64,000 nucleotides of DNA. Origin: an uncultured delta proteobacterium. Lineage in GTDB: Bacteria > Desulfobacterota > WTBG01 > CAIYCZ01. The position numbers were made by a program, and so were the translations under genes. Every line of letters starts with the position of its first letter. The stretch's first letter is position 1. The stretch is taken from contig CAWDOY010000039.1 in NCBI GenBank assembly GCA_963803975.1, positions 1 through 64,000 of the forward strand. The letters run 5' to 3'. The notes beneath the pieces are model-generated. The model saw nothing but the letters and a program-made list of their open reading frames with translations, was not told where the DNA came from and made no database searches. Positions 1-9,298 of this stretch are shown here, one piece after another.

Positions 1-1328
1 GTATAATGGTATGCTGAGTAATAAATTTTACCATCAGTAGCAATCGCCATATCTCCATTGGGCGTACCAGCATAATTGAGACGGGGGAGGATTGTACCAC
101 TCTTTCCATCAACACCAATAAAATCGGTAATTGCCGAACTGCCAGCCACCATATACAGTATTTGATTTGCATCCATAATCATGTTTCCATTGATTGGGGA
201 ACCAATATTTGTGGACCACTGAATGTCACCACTCTTGCTTGTATCTAAACAATACACAGTGCTATCGCTGTCAGCATCTGCCACAAGATAGATAAGTCCT
301 GTAGGTCCCAAGACTGGTTTTTGGGTTGTATATATCCCCCCCGATCCGAGTTCCTTTTTCCAAAGAATCGTTCCTTCAGTGCCATTATCCTTAATTGCGA
401 AAAGAAATGTATGAGCGCCTTCAGGCCAGTTTTTAGAAGGATCAGCAACGACAAGAACCACATAGAGTGTTCCATCTGTACCAATTACAGGGTCAAATAT
501 CTCAGTTGGGTTATATTCTACCTGGTCATTTAATTGAAGAAACCATTTCGCATAAAGATTATAGTCTTTGCTGATTGCATAGATTCCATAGTCATTTGCA
601 ATATACACTCTGCCTGCTGGGCCTATACTGAAATTATTTCGGAGGTAGGATGCATCAGCAGATGGCTGGTGTTTCCACAAAAGAGTACGGTTTTTCTTAT
701 AAACAGCAAGGCCGTCTTTTATAGAGAAGTATATGTTTTCATCTTTGTCGATCATCACTGAGGATATGCCGGAACTGAGGTAATCCGGGGCGAAGCTTGT
801 TTCCTGCCAGATAATATTGCCCGTTTTAATATCAATGCCTGTAGGGACGCCCTTGCTGTCATCATTTTTATCAGGGATATAGGTATAGACTACCCCGTCA
901 GAACTGATGGCAGGCGAAACACCACCCCATCCGCGAAATACTCGCCAGCGTACAGTTCTGTTGACAGGATCAAATGCTATTAAATTGCATGGATAGTGAT
1001 GCTCATTGAAAATCAGGATATTGTCTGAGGTAATAAGCATATCCCCTTCAAGGTTAGTGACAGAGGATGACGAGTCTTCAAATGGGGTTGGTTCTTCGTA
1101 TTGAAACAGGGGTGATACGCTGGGGTTGGTACCAAGTGTCAACTTTGAAAGCCCGGAGTGTCCAGCGTCATGACGCATCATGGCCCAGGGTATTTCAGCT
1201 GCTGATACCCATGGTGACGACAGCAGACACAATAAAAATACAATAAGGCAAAAAAAGTATCCTGTGAAATTACATATTTTTTTTGCAGCAGGGTTTTTAG
1301 AAAATAAATTAATTTTTCCTTTATTCAT
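1..1328 (-). CDS. Secreted PQQ-like/BamB-type beta-propeller repeat protein (partial, runs off the left edge; absent from ORF track)
   Basis: Manual translation from ATG 1328 (RBS GGGAGG): MNKGKINL...CLIVFLLCLLSSPWVSAA|EIPWAMMRHDAGHSG (signal peptide plus W-x-M-x-R-H-D start motif), blade motifs SPAISSDGVVY, DPVIGTDGTLY, PVLGPTGLIY; frame stays open to the edge where checked. Confidence 0.8.
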   Translation of the reverse strand, partial: MNKGKINLFSKNPAAKKICNFTGYFFCLIVFLLCLLSSPWVSAAEIPWAMMRHDAGHSGLSKLTLGTNPSVSPLFQYEEPTPFEDSSSSVTNLEGDMLITSDNILIFNEHHYPCNLIAFDPVNRTVRWRVFRGWGGVSPAISSDGVVYTYIPDKNDDSKGVPTGIDIKTGNIIWQETSFAPDYLSSGISSVMIDKDENIYFSIKDGLAVYKKNRTLLWKHQPSADASYLRNNFSIGPAGRVYIANDYGIYAISKDYNLYAKWFLQLNDQVEYNPTEIFDPVIGTDGTLYVVLVVADPSKNWPEGAHTFLFAIKDNGTEGTILWKKELGSGGIYTTQKPVLGPTGLIYLVADADSDSTVYCLDTSKSGDIQWSTNIGSPINGNMIMDANQILYMVAGSSAITDFIGVDGKSGTILPRLNYAGTPNGDMAIATDGKIYYSAYHY

Positions 1329-1665
1329 AGCGCCCTCCCTTTTAAAAAAATATTGTCAAAAGATAACCACTCCGTGTCAAATATAATAAAACCGCCGGCA
1401 GATTTTGTTCAATCTGAAGGCGGTTTGTAGTACTCATCAAAATCAACAGCAGAAATATTGCCCCTAATGCTCATTATGACTTGATCCTGATTGATGACTT
1501 TTTATATTAGTATATAAATTAAATCGACAAAATAATTTTTATAATAATTAAAAAATGATAACAACGATATGATAAATTATCCTGGCTGTCAATAAAACTA
1601 TGTGGATAACATTAATGAACCACAACAAGGTATCTGGTACCAGCAGCTATTTGACCGCTTGCTGC

Positions 1666-1694
1666 TTGACCTGAAATTGAGAAGATGTTACTAA
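1666..1694 (+). promoter_or_regulatory. Putative sigma70 promoter of selC
   Basis: TTGACC-17 nt-TACTAA about 22 nt upstream of the tRNA. Confidence 0.4.
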
Positions 1695-1716
1695 TGGCTG
1701 AAAGATAGTCTTTCAC

Positions 1717-1814
1717 GGAAGTGGAAAGGGCACTGGTGGCCCTCCTGGACTTCAAATCCAGTGGGAGGCGTGAGCAACGTCTTCGGTGGGTTCGATTCCC
1801 ATGCACTTCCGCCA
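1717..1814 (+). tRNA. selC: tRNA-Sec (anticodon UCA)
   Basis: GGAAGTG...CACTTCC-GCCA acceptor end, CTGGA-CTTCAAA-TCCAG anticodon arm, long variable arm (GGAGGCGT...ACGTCTTC), GGGTTCGATTCCC T-arm, encoded CCA. Confidence 0.97.
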
Positions 1815-1830
1815 TATTTTAATGAGGCAG

Positions 1831-1909
1831 GGAGTTTAAGAGTTGGGGAGTTAAGGAGGTAATTATAGATTCAAACTCCTCAACCCCTCCACTCCTGAAC
1901 TCCTCAACT
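1831..1909. repeat. Inverted array of degenerate 8-mers
   Basis: GGAGTTTA AGAGTTGG GGAGTTAA GGAG ... AACTCCTC AACCCCTC CACTCCTG AACTCCTC. Confidence 0.7.
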
Positions 1910-1924
1910 ATTCAAAGGGTTAAC

Positions 1925-2905
1925 ATGAAGAAGGGGCGGATTTTCAGCGGCATTCAGCCGACCGGCGTGATTCATCTGGGTAACTACGTGGGCGCCATCC
2001 AGCAGTGGGTGAAGCTCATGCATGATTATGACTGCATCTACTGCATTGTTGACTATCATGCCATGACCCTCGAGTATGAGGTGCAGGCATTGCGGGACAA
2101 TATCAGGGAGGCGGCCATAACGCTTCTTGCCTGCGGCCTTGATCCGGAGCACTGCACCCTGTTTGTGCAGTCACGGGTGCCGGAACACACTGAACTCACC
2201 TGGATATTTAACTGCCTGTCCCCGATCGGCGACCTTGAGCGCATGACCCAGTTCAAGGAAAAGTCCCAGCAGCACCGCGAGGACATCAACATGGGCCTGC
2301 TGGGCTACCCGGTGCTGCAGGCGGCAGACATCCTTATCTACAAAGCAGGCTTTGTCCCGGTCGGCGAAGACCAGGTGCAGCACGTAGAGCTCACCCGAAG
2401 GATCGCCCGGCGCTTCAACAACCGCTTTGGCGAGACCTTCCCCGAGCCCCAGGAGGTCCTCACCCCCACCTCACGCATCATGGGCACCGACGGCAAAACC
2501 AAGATGTCCAAGTCTCTGAACAACTACATCGGTATTCTTGAGCAGCCGGAAGCAATCTGGGAGAAGCTCAGGACCTCGGTCACTGATGAGCGGCGGATAC
2601 GCAGGACTGACCCGGGGGACCCCGGGGTCTGCAACCTTTTTACCATGCACAAGGTCTTTTCATCTCCCGAAGATATTGCCCGCATCAACCGCGAATGCCG
2701 CACCGCGGAAATAGGCTGCGTTGAGTGCAAAAAGCTTCTATTCAACAACATGATGGCCCACCTTGAGCCCATCCAGCAGCGCGCGCGGGAGCTGCGCGAT
2801 ACACCGGAAATGGTTGCCGCTGCCCTGGAGGCAGGCGCAGACCGCTGCAAAAAAATGGCTGAGCAGATCATGCAGGAAGTGCGGGTAAAAACCGGGATCC
2901 GCTAG
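1925..2905 (+). CDS. trpS: Tryptophan--tRNA ligase
   Basis: FSGIQPTGVIHLGNYVGA (HIGH-like), YPVLQAADIL, VPVGEDQ, KMSKS. Confidence 0.98.
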   Translation: MKKGRIFSGIQPTGVIHLGNYVGAIQQWVKLMHDYDCIYCIVDYHAMTLEYEVQALRDNIREAAITLLACGLDPEHCTLFVQSRVPEHTELTWIFNCLSPIGDLERMTQFKEKSQQHREDINMGLLGYPVLQAADILIYKAGFVPVGEDQVQHVELTRRIARRFNNRFGETFPEPQEVLTPTSRIMGTDGKTKMSKSLNNYIGILEQPEAIWEKLRTSVTDERRIRRTDPGDPGVCNLFTMHKVFSSPEDIARINRECRTAEIGCVECKKLLFNNMMAHLEPIQQRARELRDTPEMVAAALEAGADRCKKMAEQIMQEVRVKTGIR

Positions 2906-3056
2906 CAGGTTGTTAAAAAAACTGTTTTTCCCAGGCTGGTCAAAAATGCACAGATGCAAGGCTCCCGAAATCCTGCGAAGTGAGGCGTACTTCGGGGTAC
3001 GCCGCAACGACGAAGGATGAGGGAAACGCCGCAGATGGGCGTTTTTCAACAGCCTG
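2906..3056. mobile_element. MITE-like non-autonomous element with terminal inverted repeats
   Basis: Left ends CAGGTTGTTAAAAAA (2906) and CAGGCTGGTCAAAAA (2932) are inverted relative to right end TTTTTCAACAGCCTG (3042-3056); internal hairpin GGCGTAC-TTCGGG-GTACGCC; no transposase. Confidence 0.6.
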
Positions 3057-3164
3057 ATAGACAGTCCCAACTGTTTAATAAACCCCGGTGCTAAAAATCC
3101 CTCAGCCCGCCTCCCGCATTTCACTTTTCACTTTTCACGTTCCACTTGTTGACCAACTTTTTTA

Positions 3165-3374
3165 ACACGCCGAAGTCACCCGTCCTCCGCCCGCCTTCCG
3201 ACCCTGCTCCGCCGAAGCGCTACGCAAAGGCGAGAGCACGCTTCCCGTCCTCCGCAGTATGCTACGGAGGAGGACGTGCGGAGGGCAGGTAGCACAGTAA
3301 AGTGCGGCCAGTCCAAATTCAAACGTATACTTAGCAATCCCCAATACGTTTTTTTAACACTGCGGAGGGTGGAC
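3165..3374. repeat. GC-rich REP-like palindromic patch; contains a 20-mer repeated at 36833
   Basis: CGTCCTCCGCAGTATGCTACGGAGGAGGACG hairpin; TAACACTGCGGAGGGTGGAC at 3355-3374 and 36833-36852. Confidence 0.55.
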
Positions 3375-3535
3375 GAATCGCGAGCCCCGCGTGCATCACA
3401 ACTTGTTACATACATTTTACATTACAGATATTTACAGGATACATAGCTCTGCTATAGTTACAGCAACAATTGACAGAGGTCATTCAAACTGCACCGCAAC
3501 GGTGTTAAAGTTCCTATACGAAAGGAGAGATTACC

Positions 3536-4864
3536 ATGACCAAAGACAAAGAATATGTATTGAAGATGGTGAAGGACCAGAAAGTGCGGTTTATCCGGTT
3601 CTGGTTCACTGATGTTCTGGGGTTTTTGAAAAGTTTTGCCATCACCCCGGATGAACTGGAGGGAGCTCTTGAGGAAGGCATGGGGTTTGACGGCTCCTCC
3701 ATTGAAGGGTTTGCCCGCATCGAGGAGAGCGACATGGTGGCAATGCCTGATCCCAGTACCTTCTGCATCCTTCCCTGGCGCGGCACCGAAACGCCGGTCG
3801 CCCGGATGTTCTGCGATGTTCTGCAGCCAGACGGCAGCCCCTATGACGGCGACCCCCGCTATGTTCTGAAGCGCATGCTGAAAAAAGCTGCCGACAAGGG
3901 CTACACCTTTTACACCGGCCCGGAGCTTGAATTTTTCTTTTTCAAAAGCCAGGAGGGCCCGCCCATCGCTCTTGACCGGGGCGGCTATTTTGACCTGACC
4001 CCCCTTGATGTGGCCAGTGACCTGAGGCGTGATATTGTTCTTGCCCTTAACGATATGGGCATTATTGTCGAGTACAGCCACCATGAAGTGGCTCCCAGTC
4101 AGCATGAGATTGACCTGCGCTATGCTGATGCTCTCACCATGGCGGACAATGCCATGACCTACCGGCTGGTGGTGAAAGAGATTGCGATGCGCCATGGCGT
4201 CTATGCCACCTTCATGCCCAAGCCCCTGTTCGGACAGAACGGCAGCGGCATGCACTGCCATCAGTCGCTGTTCAAGGGCGACAAAAATGCTTTTTTTGAT
4301 GCCAAGGATCAATACCATCTCTCCGCTTTGGGTAAATCCTATATCGCCGGCATCTTAAAGCACGCGAAGGAAATCTGTTCTGTTCTCAGCCAGTGGGTCA
4401 ATTCCTACAAGCGGCTGGTTCCCGGGTACGAAGCGCCGGTCTATATTTCCTGGGCGCGGCGCAACCGTTCCGCCCTGGTGCGGGTGCCCATGTATAAACC
4501 GGGAAAAGAGAAAGCTACACGAATCGAGCTGCGCTGCCCCGACCCGGCATGCAACCCCTATCTTACCTTTGCGGTAATGCTTGCGGCAGGTCTGAAAGGC
4601 ATTGAAGGAAACTACAAACTACCTGAGCCGGTTGAAGAAGACATTTTTGAGATGAGCGAAGCCGAACGGGAGCGCCGGGGAATCGCGTCTCTTCCGGGCA
4701 GCCTCGATGAAGCTATCGTCGAGACGGAAAAGAGCGCGCTGGTCAAAGAGGCGCTCGGCGACCACGTCTTCAGCAAGTTTATTGAAAACAAGAAGATCGA
4801 ATGGGATAACTACCGCGTCCACGTTTCTCAATACGAGCTTGACCGGTATCTGCCCATCCTGTAA
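3536..4864 (+). CDS. glnA: Type I glutamine synthetase
   Basis: FDGSSIEGF, GPELEFFFF, HHEVAPSQHEID, TFMPKP..GQNGSGMHCH, NSYKRLVPGYEAP, RIELRCPDPACNPY. Confidence 0.98.
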   Translation: MTKDKEYVLKMVKDQKVRFIRFWFTDVLGFLKSFAITPDELEGALEEGMGFDGSSIEGFARIEESDMVAMPDPSTFCILPWRGTETPVARMFCDVLQPDGSPYDGDPRYVLKRMLKKAADKGYTFYTGPELEFFFFKSQEGPPIALDRGGYFDLTPLDVASDLRRDIVLALNDMGIIVEYSHHEVAPSQHEIDLRYADALTMADNAMTYRLVVKEIAMRHGVYATFMPKPLFGQNGSGMHCHQSLFKGDKNAFFDAKDQYHLSALGKSYIAGILKHAKEICSVLSQWVNSYKRLVPGYEAPVYISWARRNRSALVRVPMYKPGKEKATRIELRCPDPACNPYLTFAVMLAAGLKGIEGNYKLPEPVEEDIFEMSEAERERRGIASLPGSLDEAIVETEKSALVKEALGDHVFSKFIENKKIEWDNYRVHVSQYELDRYLPIL

Positions 4865-4958
4865 ACAATTCGCTTGAAGCGATGGCAGAAAAGACATTCT
4901 TCATCCCTGAGCATGAAGAATAAGTAAGGACCGGGAATTATTAAACCGCGGTGCGGTA

Positions 4959-5007
4959 ACAGAGCCTCTCCTTAAAAAGGGTGAACTTTTTCAAGGAGAG
5001 GTTCTGT
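4959..5007 (+). terminator. Long hairpin downstream of glnA
   Basis: ACAGAGCCTCTCCTTAAAAAG / CTTTTTCAAGGAGAGGTTCTGT inverted repeat; no clear U-tract. Confidence 0.55.
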
Positions 5008-5087
5008 CTGCAAGACACCTGCACTATACTAGAAAAATAAACCGGTACAAATAGTATCTGTTATTCAACAATCGCGAGGTAATCATT

Positions 5088-5462
5088 ATGCCGGTAAACT
5101 GGGGACCGCATTTTATCGTTCCGTCAAAAAATCTGGTTAATCTGTCAGGCAAAGTGCTGCTGCGGGAAAGCTTTGATGATGAGCTCCTAAAAGAAGATTT
5201 GACAGAGCTTGGGTTTTCAGGCATTCCCTTTCGGGCGGTAAATCCCTGGTATTTTAGAAAAAAGAAAACCGAAACGTGGATAAAAATAGGTGAATCCTCA
5301 GACCGGGACAACTGGTTTTCAGTCCCCTGGGACACGACCGCCCTCAATAACGGTGACTACCAGATACTGGGCCAGATGCATGTACACATTAAGGAAGGAG
5401 ACCGGGAGCTGATACTGTGCCGGCAAAACATCGTCGATGTCAAGGTTGAAAATCCCTCCTGA
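5088..5462 (+). CDS. Hypothetical protein with Ig-like WDTT..NGDY motif
   Basis: RBS GAGG, 124-aa ORF containing WDTTALNNGDYQI. Confidence 0.65.
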   Translation: MPVNWGPHFIVPSKNLVNLSGKVLLRESFDDELLKEDLTELGFSGIPFRAVNPWYFRKKKTETWIKIGESSDRDNWFSVPWDTTALNNGDYQILGQMHVHIKEGDRELILCRQNIVDVKVENPS

Positions 5463-5612
5463 TAAAAAAGCACGGTCCGACGAAACCCGCGCCCGGCGGC
5501 AAATTCAATTTGTATCCAGGGCAAATATCTGGTAAATATTTAAAGATTTATTAATTAAGGGTCGGTGGTATATTCTTTAAAAATATTATATATATAAAGG
5601 CATAGAAGATAC

Positions 5613-6026
5613 ATGGAGAATAGCTTCATCCCCAGCATCCTCTTTTTTTGTTGCCAGAATTCAGTGTCTTCCCCTAAAAAGCTGGTTGAGGAATTCGAGC
5701 ACCCTGAGCATATCAAGGTGGTTGAGCTGCCATGCACAGGGAAAATGGAGGCCATCTATGCCTTGCAGGCATTCGAGAAGGGACTGGATGGCGTGTGCAT
5801 AGTCGCCTGCCTTGAAGGCACCTGCCATTATCTGGAAGGAAACCTGCGGGCGGCAAACCGGATTCATCAGATAGCGGTCATACTGAATGAGCTTAAGCTG
5901 GGAGAAGAGCGCGTCGCGATGCTGCACCTGGACTCTACAAGCAGTGCTCTCTTCAAACAGTCAGCCGGAGACTTTATCCGCAGGATACAGGCGCTCGGCC
6001 CCAATCCGTTAAAGCAGGCGGCTTGA
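5613..6026 (+). CDS. mvhD: MvhD/FlpD family [2Fe-2S] protein
   Basis: FCCQNS, VELPCTGK, DGVCIVACLEGTCHYLEGN, LGEERV, LGPNP. Confidence 0.85.
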   Translation: MENSFIPSILFFCCQNSVSSPKKLVEEFEHPEHIKVVELPCTGKMEAIYALQAFEKGLDGVCIVACLEGTCHYLEGNLRAANRIHQIAVILNELKLGEERVAMLHLDSTSSALFKQSAGDFIRRIQALGPNPLKQAA

Positions 6027-6150
6027 TTCTTCGCGTGCGGGTTTTAACCATTCTCCAGGAATACCCCGGTACGTTGTTTATAATTTCCTAACCCGGACAA
6101 GCCGGAACCAAAGTTAACCGTAAAGACTAAACAAGAAACAAAGAAGATTG

Positions 6151-6215
6151 AATTTGGAACTCGGGAACTCACAAAGGTAAAAACAAAATTTTCCTGATTT
6201 CTTGAGTTCCAGATT
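6151..6215. repeat. Palindromic patch of 9-mer units
   Basis: AATTTGGAACTCGGGAACTC ... TTCCTGATTTCTTGAGTTCCAGATT. Confidence 0.55.
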
Positions 6216-6280
6216 TTTAAATTTTCTTTCCATTTTTGCAAGAAATTTAGTTTTAAGGTCTTATACAGGAATGCGCTACC

Positions 6281-7669
6281 ATGCCTAAAAAATATCATAT
6301 CGATTTTAAACCAACACTGCCCCGGTACACGCCGCAGGGAAAGTCCGGGGTTGTTGATTTCAGGGAAGGCTGCCAGCGCTGCGGTAAGTGTGCAAAGAAG
6401 GCCTGCGTCTACAATGTCTATGACAAGCGCTGCTTTGACAGCGGGCAGATGACAGACTCCATCGATTATCTGTGCAAGAACTGTTTCCGCTGCGTGCAGT
6501 CATGTAAAAAAGGCCTGCTCAACAAGTCGGTAAATCCTGAATATGTAAAGATGGGCGATGCGTACTGGACCCCGGAAATAATCTCCACCAACTGGACCCA
6601 GGCAGAAACCGGCAAGATTCCGGTCTCCGGTGCCGGCTACGGCGGGCCATTCAGCGGGCCCGGGTTTGACAGCATGTGGACCGACATGTCCGAGATCGTG
6701 CGGCCCACGCGTGACGGGATTCACGGCCGGGAGTACATCAATACCTCGGTTGACATCGGCAGGAAGCTCGAACGGCTGCGCTTCGGGGCAACTGGCGAGC
6801 TGCTCTCTGAGCCCCCGCCCCTGCTGGAACTGCCCCTGCCCCTGGTGATGGCCACGCCGTCCTTCGGCCACGTAACGGAAAAGGTGCGGCTGACGCTGGC
6901 CATGGCAGCAGCACGGCTGGGGACTTTTTTTATCGTCGCGGCAGAGCAGTATGACAAGAGCCTGGCGCACTATAAACAGCATATAATTCCCCGTATCTCT
7001 CAGGAATCATATCCGTCGTTCAAAGGAAAACTTTCCGGCCATCGCGCGGTGGAGGTTATCTATTCAAAAAACATGCGCCCGCTCTGGCAGGAAATCAAGC
7101 AGAACCACCCGGAGATGCTCATTTCCATAAAGCTCCCCCTTGACGGCAATGAACTGCCGGCCGTCGAAGAGCTGGCGCTGCAGGGAGCAGAAATAATACA
7201 TCTCTGTGCTGATGAGCACGGCAATGAAATCGGCGCCGCAACCCCGCGCTTCATTAAAGATATGGTTCGCAGGGCTCACCTGCATCTGGTGGAGCGGTCG
7301 CTGCGCGACCAGGTAACGCTGCTTGCCAGCGGCGGCATTGCCATGGCAGAGCATGTGGCAAAGATAATTATCTGCGGTGCTGATGCGGCGGTGATGGATA
7401 TTCCCCTGCTCCTGGCTTTTGAGTGCCGGCTGTGCAAAAACTGTGAGAAGAAACGCCCCTGTCCGGTGACCATGGACGCTATCGAGCCGGCCTGGGGAAC
7501 GCAGCGCGTTCTCAACCTCATGTCTGCCTGGCGCAACCAGCTCCTTGAGATTCTGGGAGCCATGGGCATCAGGGAAGTGCGGCGTTTGCGCGGCGAGGCG
7601 GGACGGGCAATGTTTTTTGAAGACCTGGAAGCTGATATTTTCGGAAAAATATTTGGTGAGCGTATATGA
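6281..7669 (+). CDS. Glutamate synthase FMN-barrel-like protein with N-terminal Fe-S motifs (degenerate paralog)
   Basis: CQRCGKC and CKNCFRCVQSC; LLASGGI..AKIIICGADA; CRLCKNC....C; MGIREVRRLRG; lacks TGEGG and QGAKPG. Confidence 0.85.
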   Translation: MPKKYHIDFKPTLPRYTPQGKSGVVDFREGCQRCGKCAKKACVYNVYDKRCFDSGQMTDSIDYLCKNCFRCVQSCKKGLLNKSVNPEYVKMGDAYWTPEIISTNWTQAETGKIPVSGAGYGGPFSGPGFDSMWTDMSEIVRPTRDGIHGREYINTSVDIGRKLERLRFGATGELLSEPPPLLELPLPLVMATPSFGHVTEKVRLTLAMAAARLGTFFIVAAEQYDKSLAHYKQHIIPRISQESYPSFKGKLSGHRAVEVIYSKNMRPLWQEIKQNHPEMLISIKLPLDGNELPAVEELALQGAEIIHLCADEHGNEIGAATPRFIKDMVRRAHLHLVERSLRDQVTLLASGGIAMAEHVAKIIICGADAAVMDIPLLLAFECRLCKNCEKKRPCPVTMDAIEPAWGTQRVLNLMSAWRNQLLEILGAMGIREVRRLRGEAGRAMFFEDLEADIFGKIFGERI

Positions 7670-9219
7670 AGGCAAAAAATAACAAGAAATCAGCCGCGGC
7701 AGAGCAGTGGTCAGCGCCCGGGGTGAAGAGCAGCCCCTCCCGCTTCAGAAATCCCATCGGCAAGTACAAAATCAGGAGAGGCCCGGAGTGCATTGCCTGC
7801 GGCAAGTGCGCAGAGCTGTGCCCGGAAGGCGTGCATGTAAAAGCCGGGGCCAAAATGGAAAAGCCCAGGGATTTTTACTGTCTGGGGTTCTGCTGCCGGA
7901 ATAATCCCTTCTACTGCATTGATAAATGCCCGGTACAGGCGCTGCGCCTGGTGGAAAACCCTCTCTGCGAAACCCTTGGTGATTACCGCTGGCCGAGCGA
8001 CCTGCTCATCAGCACCTGGTACATGGCAGAGACCGGGGAGGTGCCGCGCTCAGATATAGAATACTGCATTGGGAGAAGCAATGGCGGGTTTGACAAAATG
8101 CGCTTTAATTTTCCCGATAAAATGCCGGAGCCGGTAATTCCTGATGATGAAATTTCAACAACCATCGAGCTGAACCGGAGAAATGACGGCAGGCCCCGCA
8201 TCACCATTCAACTGCCGGTCTATGGCGGCGGCATGTCCTTCGGCTCGGTGAGCCTCTCCACCATGCTGTCGCGCGCGCGCGCGGCAACGCTCTGGGGCAC
8301 CTTCGGCTGCACCGGCGAGGGCGGCTATCCTGAGCATCTTGCTCCGTATGACGATCACATGATAACCCAGGTGGCAACCGGCCTGTTCGGCGTCCGCGAA
8401 GACACCATTCAGCGGGTGCGCATCGTCGAGTTCAAATACGCCCAGGGAGCAAAGCCCGGACTCGGCGGCCATCTGCTGGGGGACAAAGTTACCGCCAGCG
8501 TGGCAAAAATGCGGGAAGCGGTGGTCGGCAACGCCCTCTTTTCACCGTTTCCCTTTCACAGCGTCTATTCCGTGGAAGACCACAAGAAACACGTTGACTG
8601 GATCAAGGAGATAAACCCGAAAGCCCTGGTATCGGTCAAAGTCTCAACGCCGACTGATGTGGACATGGTGGCGGTGGGCAGTTACTATGCCGGCGCCAAC
8701 ATCATCCATCTTGACGGCAGCTACGGCGGCACCGGCGCAGCGCCGGACATTGCCAAGAAAAATATCGCCATGCCCATAGAATACGCGATTCCCAAGGTGC
8801 ACCAGTTTTTAAAAGACGAGGGCATCCGCGATCAGATTACGCTCATTGCCAGCGGCGGCATCCGCACTGCCCATGACATCGCCAAAGCAATCGCCCTTGG
8901 TGCCGACGGGGTGGTGGTGGGCACTGCCGATATGGTGGCGCTTGAGTGCGTGCGCTGCCATAACTGCGAGAGCGGCCGGGGCTGCGCGCGCGGCATTGCC
9001 AGCACTGACCCGCGGCTCTCGGAGATGATCACCATTGAATGGGGCGCGCAGCGCGTGATAAATCTCTACACGGCGTGGCGCAAACAGCTGGTGCAGATAC
9101 TGAAAAGCTTCGGCATGCGCAGCATCAAAGAGCTGGTGGGCAGAACTGACTGCCTGTACCACCTTGACTACCAGCGGGAGAAGGATGAAGGCAGGAGAGC
9201 GGTTGGCGGAGGAAACTGA
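7666..9219 (+). CDS. Glutamate synthase FMN-binding subunit (GltB2-type) with ferredoxin domain
   Basis: CIACGKCAELCP; GGMSFGS, TGEGG, QVATGLFGV, KYAQGAKPGLGGHL, DGSYGGTGAAP, ASGGIR, CVRCHNCESGRGC. Confidence 0.93.
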   Translation: MKAKNNKKSAAAEQWSAPGVKSSPSRFRNPIGKYKIRRGPECIACGKCAELCPEGVHVKAGAKMEKPRDFYCLGFCCRNNPFYCIDKCPVQALRLVENPLCETLGDYRWPSDLLISTWYMAETGEVPRSDIEYCIGRSNGGFDKMRFNFPDKMPEPVIPDDEISTTIELNRRNDGRPRITIQLPVYGGGMSFGSVSLSTMLSRARAATLWGTFGCTGEGGYPEHLAPYDDHMITQVATGLFGVREDTIQRVRIVEFKYAQGAKPGLGGHLLGDKVTASVAKMREAVVGNALFSPFPFHSVYSVEDHKKHVDWIKEINPKALVSVKVSTPTDVDMVAVGSYYAGANIIHLDGSYGGTGAAPDIAKKNIAMPIEYAIPKVHQFLKDEGIRDQITLIASGGIRTAHDIAKAIALGADGVVVGTADMVALECVRCHNCESGRGCARGIASTDPRLSEMITIEWGAQRVINLYTAWRKQLVQILKSFGMRSIKELVGRTDCLYHLDYQREKDEGRRAVGGGN

Positions 9220-9298
9220 AAGGTACGGCAATGTCAAATTACAAAATCCAAATTTCAAAACTGTTGAGGATTCAGATAGCAGGTTTCAGGATTTATTA

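Noticed and set aside
1..1716. selC-anchored genomic island
   Set aside because: The AT-rich DNA lies 5' of the tRNA, whereas islands normally sit at the 3' end; no integrase or duplicated tRNA 3' end was seen
2738..3415. Track ORFs 2738-3124, 3162-3344 and 3176-3415
   Set aside because: They are translations of repeat elements or antisense to trpS
5460..6026. Sec read-through at the TGA stops of the 5088 ORF and mvhD
   Set aside because: Each is followed closely by another stop, the proteins look complete, and no SECIS is evident
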